From: a virus
Virus genome (UHGV): UHGV-0191955
Reading direction: 5' to 3' (one strand)
Length of the DNA stretch: 28,411 nucleotides
This document shows, piece after piece, positions 1 to 9,119 of the stretch. A program made the translations under genes and the position numbers. Every line of letters begins with the position of its first letter. The first letter of the stretch is position 1. The notes under the pieces are model-generated. The model did no database searches, had not been told where the DNA came from, and saw only the letters and a list, made by a program, of their open reading frames with translations.

Positions 1-864
1 ATGAATTATATGCTTGAAATAAAGCTCTTCTACGATTGGCTCGAAACGCATGAACTTTCCGCCATGGGGATTTCTCTGTGGCACGCGCTGATGCAGGTGG
101 CATCGCGAAGCGGATGGCGCGAGGAGTTGCAAATCTCGCTTTCGACGCTTATCGGTCGTACTTCGTTATCGAGAACGACGATCTATAAAGAACGCGAGAA
201 TCTAAAAAGATACGGGCTGATCGATTATCGCGGTTTAGGCGGACGTTGTGCCGGAATTTACGTGATAAAGAGTTTCGAGTCCCGTGTCGTGTCCGTCTCG
301 CGAACGCAAACCGGGACACGAATGAAAGAGTTCGAAGAACTTATGTATTCGGATGCGTCCGTCATGCGGACACAAGCCGGGACACAAATAGGGAACATAT
401 ATAGACTGAACTATACGAATGCTGGAAAAGAAATACAAGAAACTGAAGTCGCAGGCACGTCTGTTCCGGTATCTATGAACACCTTTTTCGCAAAAAGAAA
501 AAAAGTTGCGCACAAAAAAGAAAAATCTATTTCCCCTCTTTTCGATGCAGAGAAGTGGTTGGAACGGATAGATGAGGCATGGCGCAGCGTGATGCGGATA
601 TGGTTGGAATATAAGCGCAGTCGTCGCGAGCGCTACAAAAGTGAGATGTCGGCTCGCAAGTGCTTGACGCAACTTCAGCATCTCTCGAATAGCGACATAC
701 AGACCGCACGGCAGATCATCGACCGCAGTATCGCCAACAACTGGGCAGGACTGTTCCCGTTGCAACCGGCACAGCCTGCGCGAGGACAGCATCCCGGACA
801 GATCATCCATCCTGCGACCGACGAACGTACCCGGCGATTGTTGGAAAAACTTGACCGCAGATGA
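1..864 (+). CDS. putative phage replication initiation / replisome-organizer protein
   Basis: 287-aa ORF with ATG at position 1 (could be 5'-truncated by the window edge). Its stop overlaps the next start (ATGA at 861-864). It sits directly upstream of a DnaC-like loader, the usual replication-module pairing. No catalytic motif recognised. Confidence 0.5.
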   Translation: MNYMLEIKLFYDWLETHELSAMGISLWHALMQVASRSGWREELQISLSTLIGRTSLSRTTIYKERENLKRYGLIDYRGLGGRCAGIYVIKSFESRVVSVSRTQTGTRMKEFEELMYSDASVMRTQAGTQIGNIYRLNYTNAGKEIQETEVAGTSVPVSMNTFFAKRKKVAHKKEKSISPLFDAEKWLERIDEAWRSVMRIWLEYKRSRRERYKSEMSARKCLTQLQHLSNSDIQTARQIIDRSIANNWAGLFPLQPAQPARGQHPGQIIHPATDERTRRLLEKLDRR

Positions 865-1571
865 AATATGGGACAATGACCTCTTTGCGCAAATACCGAC
901 GAACCTATTTTCACACGACAAAAACGACACCCCGTATGAACCGCATCGCATCGCTTATCGACCGCATGGTCGCAGACAAACGCCTCGTCGTCCGTTCGCC
1001 GCATGACCTCTCGTGGGGCGACAAGGACTATTGCGAGGGGCTGTTCTGCGAAATCTTCCGGCGGGTCGATACTTCGATCGTGCGCTACCGCCACCTGCCC
1101 GAGTATGCCGGGATCATCGACTGGATGACCTCGACCGAAGGGCGCGGACTGCTGCTCTACGGCGATTGCGGACGCGGCAAGAGCATCATTCTTACGGGCG
1201 TCGTTCCCGTGCTGCTGGCGATGAAGGAGCGGATGACGGTCGCCATTCACGCCGACGAACTCTCCAAGCCTTACGACTTCGCCCTGCGGACAGCCGGATA
1301 CGATGTGCATACGACCAACCTCGACTACCTGACCCGCACGGCCTATCCAATTATCGACGAGTTGGGCGTCGAGTCGCTCGTGAACGACTACGGCGAGAAG
1401 TACGAGGGCTTCAATCGCGTCATCAACGCTGCCGAACGCTATCTGCGGCCGTTGTTCATCTCGACGAACCTCACCCGAGAACAACTGCTTCGCCGTTACG
1501 GAGAGCGGACTTTCGACCGATTGACGCGCTTGTGCCGTCCGGTGAAGTTCGAGGGCGAGAGCTTGCGCTGA
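861..1571 (+). CDS. DnaC/IstB-like AAA+ helicase loader ATPase
   Basis: Walker A 'GDCGRGKS' and Walker B 'IIDELGVE' read directly from the translation. Translationally coupled to the upstream gene. Confidence 0.75.
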   Translation: MKYGTMTSLRKYRRTYFHTTKTTPRMNRIASLIDRMVADKRLVVRSPHDLSWGDKDYCEGLFCEIFRRVDTSIVRYRHLPEYAGIIDWMTSTEGRGLLLYGDCGRGKSIILTGVVPVLLAMKERMTVAIHADELSKPYDFALRTAGYDVHTTNLDYLTRTAYPIIDELGVESLVNDYGEKYEGFNRVINAAERYLRPLFISTNLTREQLLRRYGERTFDRLTRLCRPVKFEGESLR

Positions 1572-1593
1572 CAATCGAAAAACAGAACGAGAT

Positions 1594-1869
1594 ATGAAAC
1601 TGCAACGAATCATTCATCATTTGGAAGACGGCCGCCGCAAGTATGTGACCCATAACGGCGAGATGGAGAAATGGACGGAGGTCGAGATCGAAAACCTCCG
1701 CCGCAATACGGAACAGTACGGTCCGGCAGCCTATACCGCCGACTTCGCCAAGTACGGCATCTCCGCTCGCGAACTTCGCGAACGCTATCCCGATGCGAAG
1801 ATCATCCGTATCGTCGGTTTCGAGACCGAGGATCACGACCTGCCGTTGAACCCCGAAATCATCTTCTGA
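1594..1869 (+). CDS. hypothetical protein (91 aa)
   Basis: ATG-initiated ORF, co-directional, codon usage matches neighbours. No recognisable motif. Confidence 0.5.
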   Translation: MKLQRIIHHLEDGRRKYVTHNGEMEKWTEVEIENLRRNTEQYGPAAYTADFAKYGISARELRERYPDAKIIRIVGFETEDHDLPLNPEIIF

Positions 1870-1871
1870 CG

Positions 1872-2171
1872 ATGCCGAAGCTCAAGAAAACCGTCCGCCG
1901 TCCGTGGCTGCCGGAGCATAAACCGCAGTCGGGACGCCGCCACGCCAATACGGAGTTCTACCGATCCGCCGCGTGGCGGAAACTGCGCCTCGTCAAATTG
2001 GAGCAGCAGCCTCTGTGCGAAGAGTGCCTGAAACACGACCGGCATACTCCGGCACAGATGGTCGACCATATCGTCCCGATCAATCGGGGCGGGGCGCCGC
2101 TCGACTTGCAGAACCTGCAATCCCTCTGCAACTCCTGCCACAACCGTAAGAGCGCTCGGGAGCGAAGATAA
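1872..2171 (+). CDS. HNH endonuclease
   Basis: ATG at 1872 inside the longer 1671..2171 frame. HNH signature 'DHIVPINRGG...NLQSLCNSCHNRK' with a Cys pair upstream ('CEEC'). Position upstream of the terminase genes is typical for HNH-assisted packaging. Confidence 0.85.
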   Translation: MPKLKKTVRRPWLPEHKPQSGRRHANTEFYRSAAWRKLRLVKLEQQPLCEECLKHDRHTPAQMVDHIVPINRGGAPLDLQNLQSLCNSCHNRKSARERR

Positions 2172-2326
2172 CACGATGTCGAACCTCTAAAACGAATGCC
2201 TATGATGTAAAGCGAGCAGGCGGTACGAAGACCTTGAATCGATGTTGTAAATCGAATATGGGAGAGATTGGCTGTTGGAAAAAATCTTTTCGTATCGCCT
2301 GCATTTTTATCATAGACCTGACGACT

Positions 2327-3262
2327 ATGCGAACGACCCTTAACCTGAATGAAATCATCTCCGAATGGATTTCGGAGTGCGACATACTCCCCGCCACCAA
2401 ACGGGACTACCGACGCAAAATCGCGCTGTGGTTCCGATGGCTGTCGGCGCACGATGTCGATACCCGTTCGCCGGAGCGTCGGCACGTCTTGGAGTACAAG
2501 CAGCAGCTGCAAGCCGAAGGCAAGAGCGTCTATACCGTGAACAGCCTCGTTACGATTCTCAAGCTGTTTTACGGCTTCTGCGAGCGACAGGGCTACTACG
2601 ACAATATCGCTGCCGGGATCCGCAGCAGCAAACGCCATACGGAGTACAGCAAACTGCCGCTGACGGCAGAGCAGGCGTTCCGGCTGTTGGACAGCATCGA
2701 TACTTCGACCGCCATCGGGCGCCGCGACCGGCTGATGATTTCGCTGATGCTCTTCAACGGGCTTCGCACCTGCGAGGCGGAGCGTATCGACATCGGCGAC
2801 TTCGCCGAGCACGAGGGGCAACCGATCCTCCGTATCCAGCGCAAGGGACGCACGGACAAGAACGAGATCGTCGTGCTGCATCCCGACACGGTCGCGTGGC
2901 TGGAGGAGTATATCGCCGATAGGGACTTCGACAGCGACACTCCGCTCTTCGTATCCCACAAGGCGCAATGCGACAACCGGCTCGTGCGGCAGACGATCGG
3001 GCGGATCATCAAACAACGCCTCGCCCGCATCGGCATCTCGCATCCGAAGATTTCGGCGCATTCGCTGCGGCACACGTTCGGGGCGCTGATGGTCGAACAG
3101 GGCATAGACATCGAGACGATCAAGGATATGATGGGACACTCCGATACGAAGACCACGCGCATCTATATCGAGATGGCGCAGCAGCGACGGCTGCTCCATC
3201 ACTCGCCGTCGATGACCATAGGCGATGCGATATTGAACAGCGGCGGCAAACCGCACCGATGA
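2327..3262 (+). CDS. int: tyrosine site-specific recombinase / phage integrase
   Basis: C-terminal catalytic region 'HSLRHTFGALMVEQGIDIETIKDMMGHSDTKTTRIYIEM' carries the R..H..R..Y tyrosine-recombinase box. N-terminal core-binding-like region present. Start placed at the internal ATG (2327) rather than the ORF-track start at 2234. Confidence 0.9.
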   Translation: MRTTLNLNEIISEWISECDILPATKRDYRRKIALWFRWLSAHDVDTRSPERRHVLEYKQQLQAEGKSVYTVNSLVTILKLFYGFCERQGYYDNIAAGIRSSKRHTEYSKLPLTAEQAFRLLDSIDTSTAIGRRDRLMISLMLFNGLRTCEAERIDIGDFAEHEGQPILRIQRKGRTDKNEIVVLHPDTVAWLEEYIADRDFDSDTPLFVSHKAQCDNRLVRQTIGRIIKQRLARIGISHPKISAHSLRHTFGALMVEQGIDIETIKDMMGHSDTKTTRIYIEMAQQRRLLHHSPSMTIGDAILNSGGKPHR

Positions 3263-3694
3263 TTGAAGTACAGTGAATTAATGAATTACGCTATATGTTT
3301 GACGGACAAAACATTGCGACTTTTCGTAACTCGCTGAAACCCGACAGTGGGTATCAAAGAGTTGCGTGATCGAGGTACGCTCCCGACCGAAGACGGGGTG
3401 GGGTCGAAAATCCTTCGGACCTTGCGAAAAGCAATCGCGCCCCAAGTCTTCTGTACGCGCGTGCAGAATTGAAAAATAGGGATATCAAACTACCGTTTAA
3501 CATCCCTACCAACCATTAGACGAGTATCTGAAGTATGAACACAATGAAATCGATCAAACCTCAGATTGTCATCGAGATTTCGATTCATCGCCATACTTTA
3601 GATACTATGGTTTTAAATTTTTGTAAATTTTCCATAGTATAAAAAATATTTATGGTTTCTGCCATATAGCATTGTTGCAAAGATAGGAAATTTA

Positions 3695-4171
3695 ATGAAA
3701 GGTCGCAAGAAAATACCTGACGAATTGAAATCCTTACGGGGTACGGCCCAGCCGTGTCGGATGACCGGCGGTGCTGTTTCTACCGGAACCGCTGTCGCGG
3801 CATTGCCGCGCTCCGGACTGAAAGGTACGGCGAAGAAGGTGTTCGAGGTTGTGGCGACGGAGTTGATCCACAAATGCCTGCTCGACGTCGTCGGCGTGGA
3901 CTTAGTCGTCGCCTACGCTCGCGAGATGGGACTGTACCACGACATGATGCGCGAAACCGAAAAGGAGGGATACACCATCGAAGTAATGACGAAACATGGC
4001 TCGGCGACGGTCGTCAACCCCAAGCGCAAGGTCGCGGAATCGGCACTCGCCAATGCCAAGGCGCTGGCGGCCGAGTTCGGATTGACGCCTGCCAGTCGCA
4101 GCCGCGTGGCGGCTTTGCTTTCGGATAATACCCCGAAAGACGACTTCGCCGAGTTCGAGGAGATAAAGTAG
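3695..4171 (+). CDS. phage terminase small subunit (P27-like)
   Basis: 158-aa protein immediately upstream of the terminase large subunit. C-terminal 'AAEFGLTPASRSRVAALL' resembles the P27-family small subunit. Confidence 0.7.
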   Translation: MKGRKKIPDELKSLRGTAQPCRMTGGAVSTGTAVAALPRSGLKGTAKKVFEVVATELIHKCLLDVVGVDLVVAYAREMGLYHDMMRETEKEGYTIEVMTKHGSATVVNPKRKVAESALANAKALAAEFGLTPASRSRVAALLSDNTPKDDFAEFEEIK

Positions 4172-4182
4172 ACTATCGCAAT

Positions 4183-5850
4183 ATGGCTGCTGTCAAGAAA
4201 TATCCCGCCGAACTTTATGCCGAGCAGGTCCGCTCCGGCGAGATTCTCGTCTGCGAGTATGTCCGCCTCGCCGTCGAGCGTTACTACGCCGATCTCGACC
4301 GTGCGCTCGACAAAGGCTGGTACTTCGATAAGAAAGCCGCGATGCGCGCTATCCACTTCATCGAAAAACTCAAACATACCAAAGGCGAGTGGGCGGGCCA
4401 GCGGTTCCGACTGGAGCTGTGGCAGCAGTTCGTGTTGTGGAATATCTTCGGGTGGAAGAATGCCGATGGCACGCGCCGGTTCCGATACGCTTATATCGAG
4501 ATCGCCCGCAAGAACGGCAAAACCGCACTGTCTGCCGGCATCGGGCTGTATATGCTCTTCGCCGACGGCGAGAGCCGCCCGGAGGTTTACTCGGCCGCGA
4601 CGGTCAAGGATCAGGCGAAAATCTGTTTTTCGGATGCTGTGGAGATCGTCAAGGCGACCGATCTGAAAAACTACCTTACGCCATACCGCAACTCGATCGT
4701 CTATGAACTCAAAGGCGGTACGATGAAGCCTCTCTCGTCCGATTACGGCACGCACGACGGTCTGAACCCGAGTTGCGGCATCATCGACGAGTTCCACGCC
4801 CACAAGGACAGCGGAATGTTCGACGTCATCAAGTCGGCTTTCGGCGCACGGCGGCAACCGCTGATGTTCATCATCACGACGGCGGGCTTCGACAAGTCGG
4901 GAGTCTGCTATGCCTATCGGGAGAACGTCATCAAAGTGCTGCGCGGCGTGAACGAGGACGATTCGTTGTTCGGCATCATCTACACGCTCGACGATAAATC
5001 GGAGTGGGACGACCCGAAGATGTGGATCAAGGCCAATCCCAACCTCGGCGTGAGTTTGAGCGCCGACTACCTCGCCGACCAAGTGAAAGATGCCAAGAAC
5101 CGTCCCGAAGCCGTCCGCAACGTGATGACGAAGAACGTCGATCTATGGGTCGATGCCGAGCGGACGTGGATACTCGACGACGTTTGGCAAAAGTGCATCG
5201 GTACGACCGACCCTGCCGACTTGAAAGGCTGCGCCTGCTGGGGCGGATTGGACCTCTCGAACGTGTCGGACATTACGGCCTACGTGCTGCTCTTCCACGA
5301 AAACGACCGTTTCCAATTGCTGCCGCACTTTTGGATCCCCGAAGAGAAGATGCTGGAGAAGATCCGCAAGGAGAATATCAACTACGACAAGTGGGTGGCA
5401 GAGGGTTATGTAACCGTTACGCCGGGCAATGTCATCGACTACGACTTCGTCAAGACGGATATCCTGCGTATCGTAGCCGATTACGACTTGCGGACATCGG
5501 CTTACGACCGCTGGAACTCTTCGCAGACGATCATCGACTTGCAGAACGAGGGTATGGAGTGCAACCCCTTCGGACAGGGCTACGGCTCGATGTCGGCACC
5601 GACCAAGGAGTTCGAGAAACTGGTTCTGACCGGAAAGATCGAACACTTCGGCAATCCGGTCTTGCGGTGGATGCTCGCATCGACGCTCGTCAAGACCGAT
5701 CCTGCGGGCAATATCAAACCCGACAAGGAGAAATCGACGCAGAAGATCGACGGCATCGTAGCCTCGATCATGGCACTCGGGGAGTGGATGACCGCACAGG
5801 CCAACGATGAAAGTAACCCGTATGAAAACAGAGGATTATTGACCTTATAA
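4183..5850 (+). CDS. phage terminase large subunit
   Basis: 555 aa. N-terminal ATPase region 'EWAGQRFRLELWQQFVLWNIFGW...YIEIARKNGKTAL' and a C-terminal nuclease-like region match the Terminase_1 architecture. Sits between the small subunit and portal. Confidence 0.85.
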   Translation: MAAVKKYPAELYAEQVRSGEILVCEYVRLAVERYYADLDRALDKGWYFDKKAAMRAIHFIEKLKHTKGEWAGQRFRLELWQQFVLWNIFGWKNADGTRRFRYAYIEIARKNGKTALSAGIGLYMLFADGESRPEVYSAATVKDQAKICFSDAVEIVKATDLKNYLTPYRNSIVYELKGGTMKPLSSDYGTHDGLNPSCGIIDEFHAHKDSGMFDVIKSAFGARRQPLMFIITTAGFDKSGVCYAYRENVIKVLRGVNEDDSLFGIIYTLDDKSEWDDPKMWIKANPNLGVSLSADYLADQVKDAKNRPEAVRNVMTKNVDLWVDAERTWILDDVWQKCIGTTDPADLKGCACWGGLDLSNVSDITAYVLLFHENDRFQLLPHFWIPEEKMLEKIRKENINYDKWVAEGYVTVTPGNVIDYDFVKTDILRIVADYDLRTSAYDRWNSSQTIIDLQNEGMECNPFGQGYGSMSAPTKEFEKLVLTGKIEHFGNPVLRWMLASTLVKTDPAGNIKPDKEKSTQKIDGIVASIMALGEWMTAQANDESNPYENRGLLTL

Positions 5851-5862
5851 CACAATACGATT

Positions 5863-6162
5863 ATGAGCAGCAGAAAAATGAATCGAAAACAATACAAGCG
5901 TTATCATTCGCCGGTCATCGCCGCCGAGCGCGAGAAAGTCGAGGCGGAACTGTCGGCGATGAATCCGCTCGAACCCGAAGTGCGGCATTTTCTTTCGTTC
6001 GAGGGCTTCGCGGAACTTTATCTCCGTATGCGCGACCTTTATCCGACGCAGCTGGAGGCTTACGAACGGTTGGAGGATTTCTACATCACTATCACCGGCA
6101 AGCGCAGATACTCCGAATTCAGTTCATTCAGGAGGGTGTTGAAGAGGAAACAACCACAATAA
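5863..6162 (+). CDS. hypothetical protein (99 aa)
   Basis: GC-rich ORF co-directional after the terminase. No motif recognised. Confidence 0.4.
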   Translation: MSSRKMNRKQYKRYHSPVIAAEREKVEAELSAMNPLEPEVRHFLSFEGFAELYLRMRDLYPTQLEAYERLEDFYITITGKRRYSEFSSFRRVLKRKQPQ

Positions 6163-6219
6163 TTTTGTAATATTACTAAAAATCATTACCTTTATTAGCA
6201 TTTTATAAAACTTTTCAGT

Positions 6220-6804
6220 ATGAAAGATTGGATTATTGCTAATAAAGAATGGTTATTTAGTGGTATAGGCGTTTCTGTTATAGGTTCGATTTATGCTTTC
6301 TTTCGGTGGATACACAAAGGGGCGGTCAAAGATAAACCGCAAATGCAAGTGCAAAATCAAGTTGTTAATGTGAATGTTGGAATGCAAGCCAAAAACCAAG
6401 AACAACCTGTGAAAAATCATTATATAGATATTAAATCGAAAGTGCGCATATTATTTATTGACGATGAGCGGTTTAATATGATCAATATCTTGAAAAAGGC
6501 TGGCTGGAAAAATATTGAATACAAAAAGGATCTTTCCGATTTAGATGATAACGCTGTATTATCGGCAAATGTCATATTTGTAGATATCAATGGAGTTGGA
6601 TGTAGTTTGTTTAGGAACCAAGGATTAGGTTTAGCGGCTGCGATTAAAAACAAACATAAAGATAAACGTGTCATAATTTACTCGGCTGAACCTAATGGCG
6701 ATCGATTTGATAATGCTTTACGTCAGGTCGATGCTTGTTTGCCTAAAAATGCTGAACCTATAGAATTTATGAATCTGATAGAAGAATACGCCGATAAGTT
6801 ATGA
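6220..6804 (+). CDS. membrane-anchored receiver (REC) domain protein with no output domain
   Basis: AT-rich gene. N-terminal hydrophobic helix 'WLFSGIGVSVIGSIYAFFRWI', Q/N-rich linker, then receiver-domain landmarks in the right order: 'VRILFIDDE' (acidic pair), 'VIFVDINGVG' (candidate phospho-acceptor Asp), 'RVIIYSAEP' (Ser/Thr position), 'CLPKNAEP' (conserved Lys). Stop overlaps the next start (ATGA). Confidence 0.7.
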   Translation: MKDWIIANKEWLFSGIGVSVIGSIYAFFRWIHKGAVKDKPQMQVQNQVVNVNVGMQAKNQEQPVKNHYIDIKSKVRILFIDDERFNMINILKKAGWKNIEYKKDLSDLDDNAVLSANVIFVDINGVGCSLFRNQGLGLAAAIKNKHKDKRVIIYSAEPNGDRFDNALRQVDACLPKNAEPIEFMNLIEEYADKL

Positions 6805-7838
6805 ATTTAAAAATTGTTTCTCAACAAGGTGAATTAATCTGCGATTCATTGCCATATTATGAGTGCACTCATTGTATTTTGACTAATCAAAGTCATGGAT
6901 ATGCCAATATTAAATGCCAGAGAGACAGGGAAAATAAAAGAATAGCGTATCATAAAAATGAGCATGGAGAATTGTTTGCATGTAGTCGAAATGCTAAAAC
7001 CACGAAATTATTTAAGGACGAAGTGAATTCGACTGTGTATTGCTTGAAATCATTAATTGCATTATCTGGCGAAGTTCGGCAATATACAATGGCGGAAACA
7101 TCTAATAGGGTAAACCGTATTATACACAATCTTAAAAGTATTAATGCGCATGCCATGCAAGAGTTATATGCATTGGTTCCGCAGGAGCAATTAATCAAAA
7201 ATGTTAGGGAGAATTCCAAAATTGTAGAAAGTGCGATAAAAAAGGATGTTCGTCAAGCGGCTTTAACGTTCTTTCGTATGGCAAAGTTCAATCTTAGTAT
7301 AAAAGCTGAATTTTCTATATATGAGAAACTTTTACAAGGTGGAGAAAAATTGAAACTTGAAAAAAGGAATCATAATATTCGAGATGTTATAATGATTGTT
7401 TTATACATGTTTTTCAATGATTTTAATGAAAAGGATGTATATATTGATATTGAAGAATATTATGAAAAAGTATATGTAGATTTTGAGTCAGTCCAAGTTG
7501 CGATTTATCATATAATTGAGAATGCTGCTAAATATATCGCGCCTAAAACGAATGCCAATATTACGTTTAAGATAGAGAAGCATACTCAATATATCATATT
7601 TGCAATGACCAGTCTATATATTAATCAAGACGAAGAATTTGAGATATTTAATGAAGGTTATTCTGGTATTGTGGCAAAGCAACTGAAAAAAGCAGGGAAA
7701 GGCATTGGAATGTATCGGGCAAAACGTTTGATTGAGTTGAATAATGGAACATTAACAGTTGAAGCAGGAGAGGCAATCAAAATAAATGGGATAGATTATG
7801 CAAATAATAAATTTATCATTGCTTTACCTATAAGTTAG
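6801..7838 (+). CDS. cytoplasmic histidine kinase with Cys-rich N-terminal region
   Basis: AT-rich gene. H-box-like 'RIIHNLKSINAHAM', N-box 'IYHIIENAAKYIAP', G2 box 'GKGIGMYRAKRLIELNNGTLTVEAG' typical of an HATPase_c fold. No transmembrane segment. N-terminal 'CDSLPYYECTHC...C' cluster could bind metal. Confidence 0.7.
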   Translation: MNLKIVSQQGELICDSLPYYECTHCILTNQSHGYANIKCQRDRENKRIAYHKNEHGELFACSRNAKTTKLFKDEVNSTVYCLKSLIALSGEVRQYTMAETSNRVNRIIHNLKSINAHAMQELYALVPQEQLIKNVRENSKIVESAIKKDVRQAALTFFRMAKFNLSIKAEFSIYEKLLQGGEKLKLEKRNHNIRDVIMIVLYMFFNDFNEKDVYIDIEEYYEKVYVDFESVQVAIYHIIENAAKYIAPKTNANITFKIEKHTQYIIFAMTSLYINQDEEFEIFNEGYSGIVAKQLKKAGKGIGMYRAKRLIELNNGTLTVEAGEAIKINGIDYANNKFIIALPIS

Positions 7839-7901
7839 ACATTGTCTTATCCATATCTCGAACCGCTTCGCTATGTTTGTCCCGAATAAAGGCAAGCGAT
7901 A

Positions 7902-9119
7902 GTGAAGTGGTTTCCTTTTTTGCATAGGGGCGAGCGGCGCGACATTTCATCGGCCGAATTCGAGGCAGCAGTGAATAAAGTCATTACCGCCGACACAGTC
8001 GCCGATGCCACGCACCAGCCGTATATCACCGAGGAGGGTGCATTGAACCTTACAGCGGTTTGGGCTTGCGTGCGAATTCTCTCAGAGACGGTCGGAACGC
8101 TCCCGTTGCATCTCTATCGCCGTACTGCTCGCGGTCGCGAGCGACAGTACGACCACCTCTGCCACCGACTCGTACAGGCTCCCAACTCCTATTCCACTCG
8201 TTTCGACCTAATGCACCATCTGATGGTTTCGTGCGCTTTGTGGGGCAACGGCTATGTCCACATCTTTCGGGACAAATGCTACCGCCCTGTTCGGCTGAAG
8301 TTCATTCATCCTGCCCGTATCGAGCCGCTCCTTACCGACAACGACGAACTCTTCTACCGATCGGACACGGGCGAACTGCTTTCGAACGAAGACGTCATCC
8401 ACCTGCGCGGGCTCTCGACTAACGGCTACAAGGGTAAAAGTCCGATCGCCGTCCATCGCGACAACCTCGCACTCTCTGTCTCTGCGCAACTCTACGGTAA
8501 ACGGTTCTTCGATCAGGGCGGCAATATGTCGGGCGTCTTCAAATATCCCTCGACGCTCAAGCCCGAAGCCTACCAGCGTCTCAAGAAAGACCTCATCGCC
8601 CAATCGGTCGGTTTGCACAACGCCCACGTCCCGCTGCTGTTGGAGGGCGGTATGACCTACGAACGCATCTCCATTCCTCCCGAAGATGCCCAATTCATCG
8701 CTACGCGCAAGTTCCAAAAGACCGAAATCGCCACCATCTACGGCATCCCGCCGCATATGATCGCCGACTTGGAACGTGCCACGAACAACAACATCGAGCA
8801 TCAGGGTATGGAGTTCGTGCAGTATTGCCTGATGCCGTACCTCGTCCGCATCGAGGAGGAGTTCAACCGTAAACTGCTCCGCGAGGACGAGTTCGGGGAG
8901 TATTACTTCCTCTTCGGCCTGAACGGACTGCTGCGCGGCGATGCCAAGACCCGCTCGGAATACTACAAGAATATGAATATCGTCGGCGCGATGTCTGCCA
9001 ACGAGATCCGCTCCCTCGAAGATATGAACTCCTACGATGGAGGCGACGAATACTTCGTACAAATGAACATGCAGCCGGTAACGACTGCCATAAAACCTGA
9101 AACGAATGGAACCGAATAA
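7902..9119 (+). CDS. phage portal protein (HK97 family)
   Basis: 405 aa, GTG start. N-terminal 'LNLTAVWACVRILSETVGTLPLHLYRR' is portal-like. Lies between terminase and prohead protease. Confidence 0.85.
   Translation: MKWFPFLHRGERRDISSAEFEAAVNKVITADTVADATHQPYITEEGALNLTAVWACVRILSETVGTLPLHLYRRTARGRERQYDHLCHRLVQAPNSYSTRFDLMHHLMVSCALWGNGYVHIFRDKCYRPVRLKFIHPARIEPLLTDNDELFYRSDTGELLSNEDVIHLRGLSTNGYKGKSPIAVHRDNLALSVSAQLYGKRFFDQGGNMSGVFKYPSTLKPEAYQRLKKDLIAQSVGLHNAHVPLLLEGGMTYERISIPPEDAQFIATRKFQKTEIATIYGIPPHMIADLERATNNNIEHQGMEFVQYCLMPYLVRIEEEFNRKLLREDEFGEYYFLFGLNGLLRGDAKTRSEYYKNMNIVGAMSANEIRSLEDMNSYDGGDEYFVQMNMQPVTTAIKPETNGTE

Noticed and set aside
2234-2326. N-terminal extension of the integrase ORF from the upstream ATG
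   Set aside because: The extension is Cys/Ile-rich and overlaps AT-rich probable promoter sequence. The ATG at 2327 gives a typical integrase N-terminus.
1958-3256. 432-codon minus-strand ORF opposite the HNH and integrase genes
   Set aside because: Arg/Ala-rich low-complexity translation typical of antisense frames in GC-rich DNA. The plus-strand frames carry clear HNH and tyrosine-recombinase motifs.
3370-3440. Possible tRNA or tRNA fragment marking an attachment site ('GGGGTCGAAAATCC' T-loop-like motif)
   Set aside because: I could not assemble a consistent cloverleaf with acceptor and anticodon stems by eye. Noted only as something a tRNA scan should test.
3913-5082. 389-codon minus-strand ORF opposite the terminase genes
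   Set aside because: The plus strand encodes recognisable terminase subunits; the antisense frame has no motif and is compositionally biased.
4217-5810. Several 100-270-codon ORFs in alternative frames within the terminase large subunit gene
   Set aside because: Ser/Arg/Pro-rich translations nested inside a strongly supported gene; typical off-frame noise in GC-rich coding DNA.
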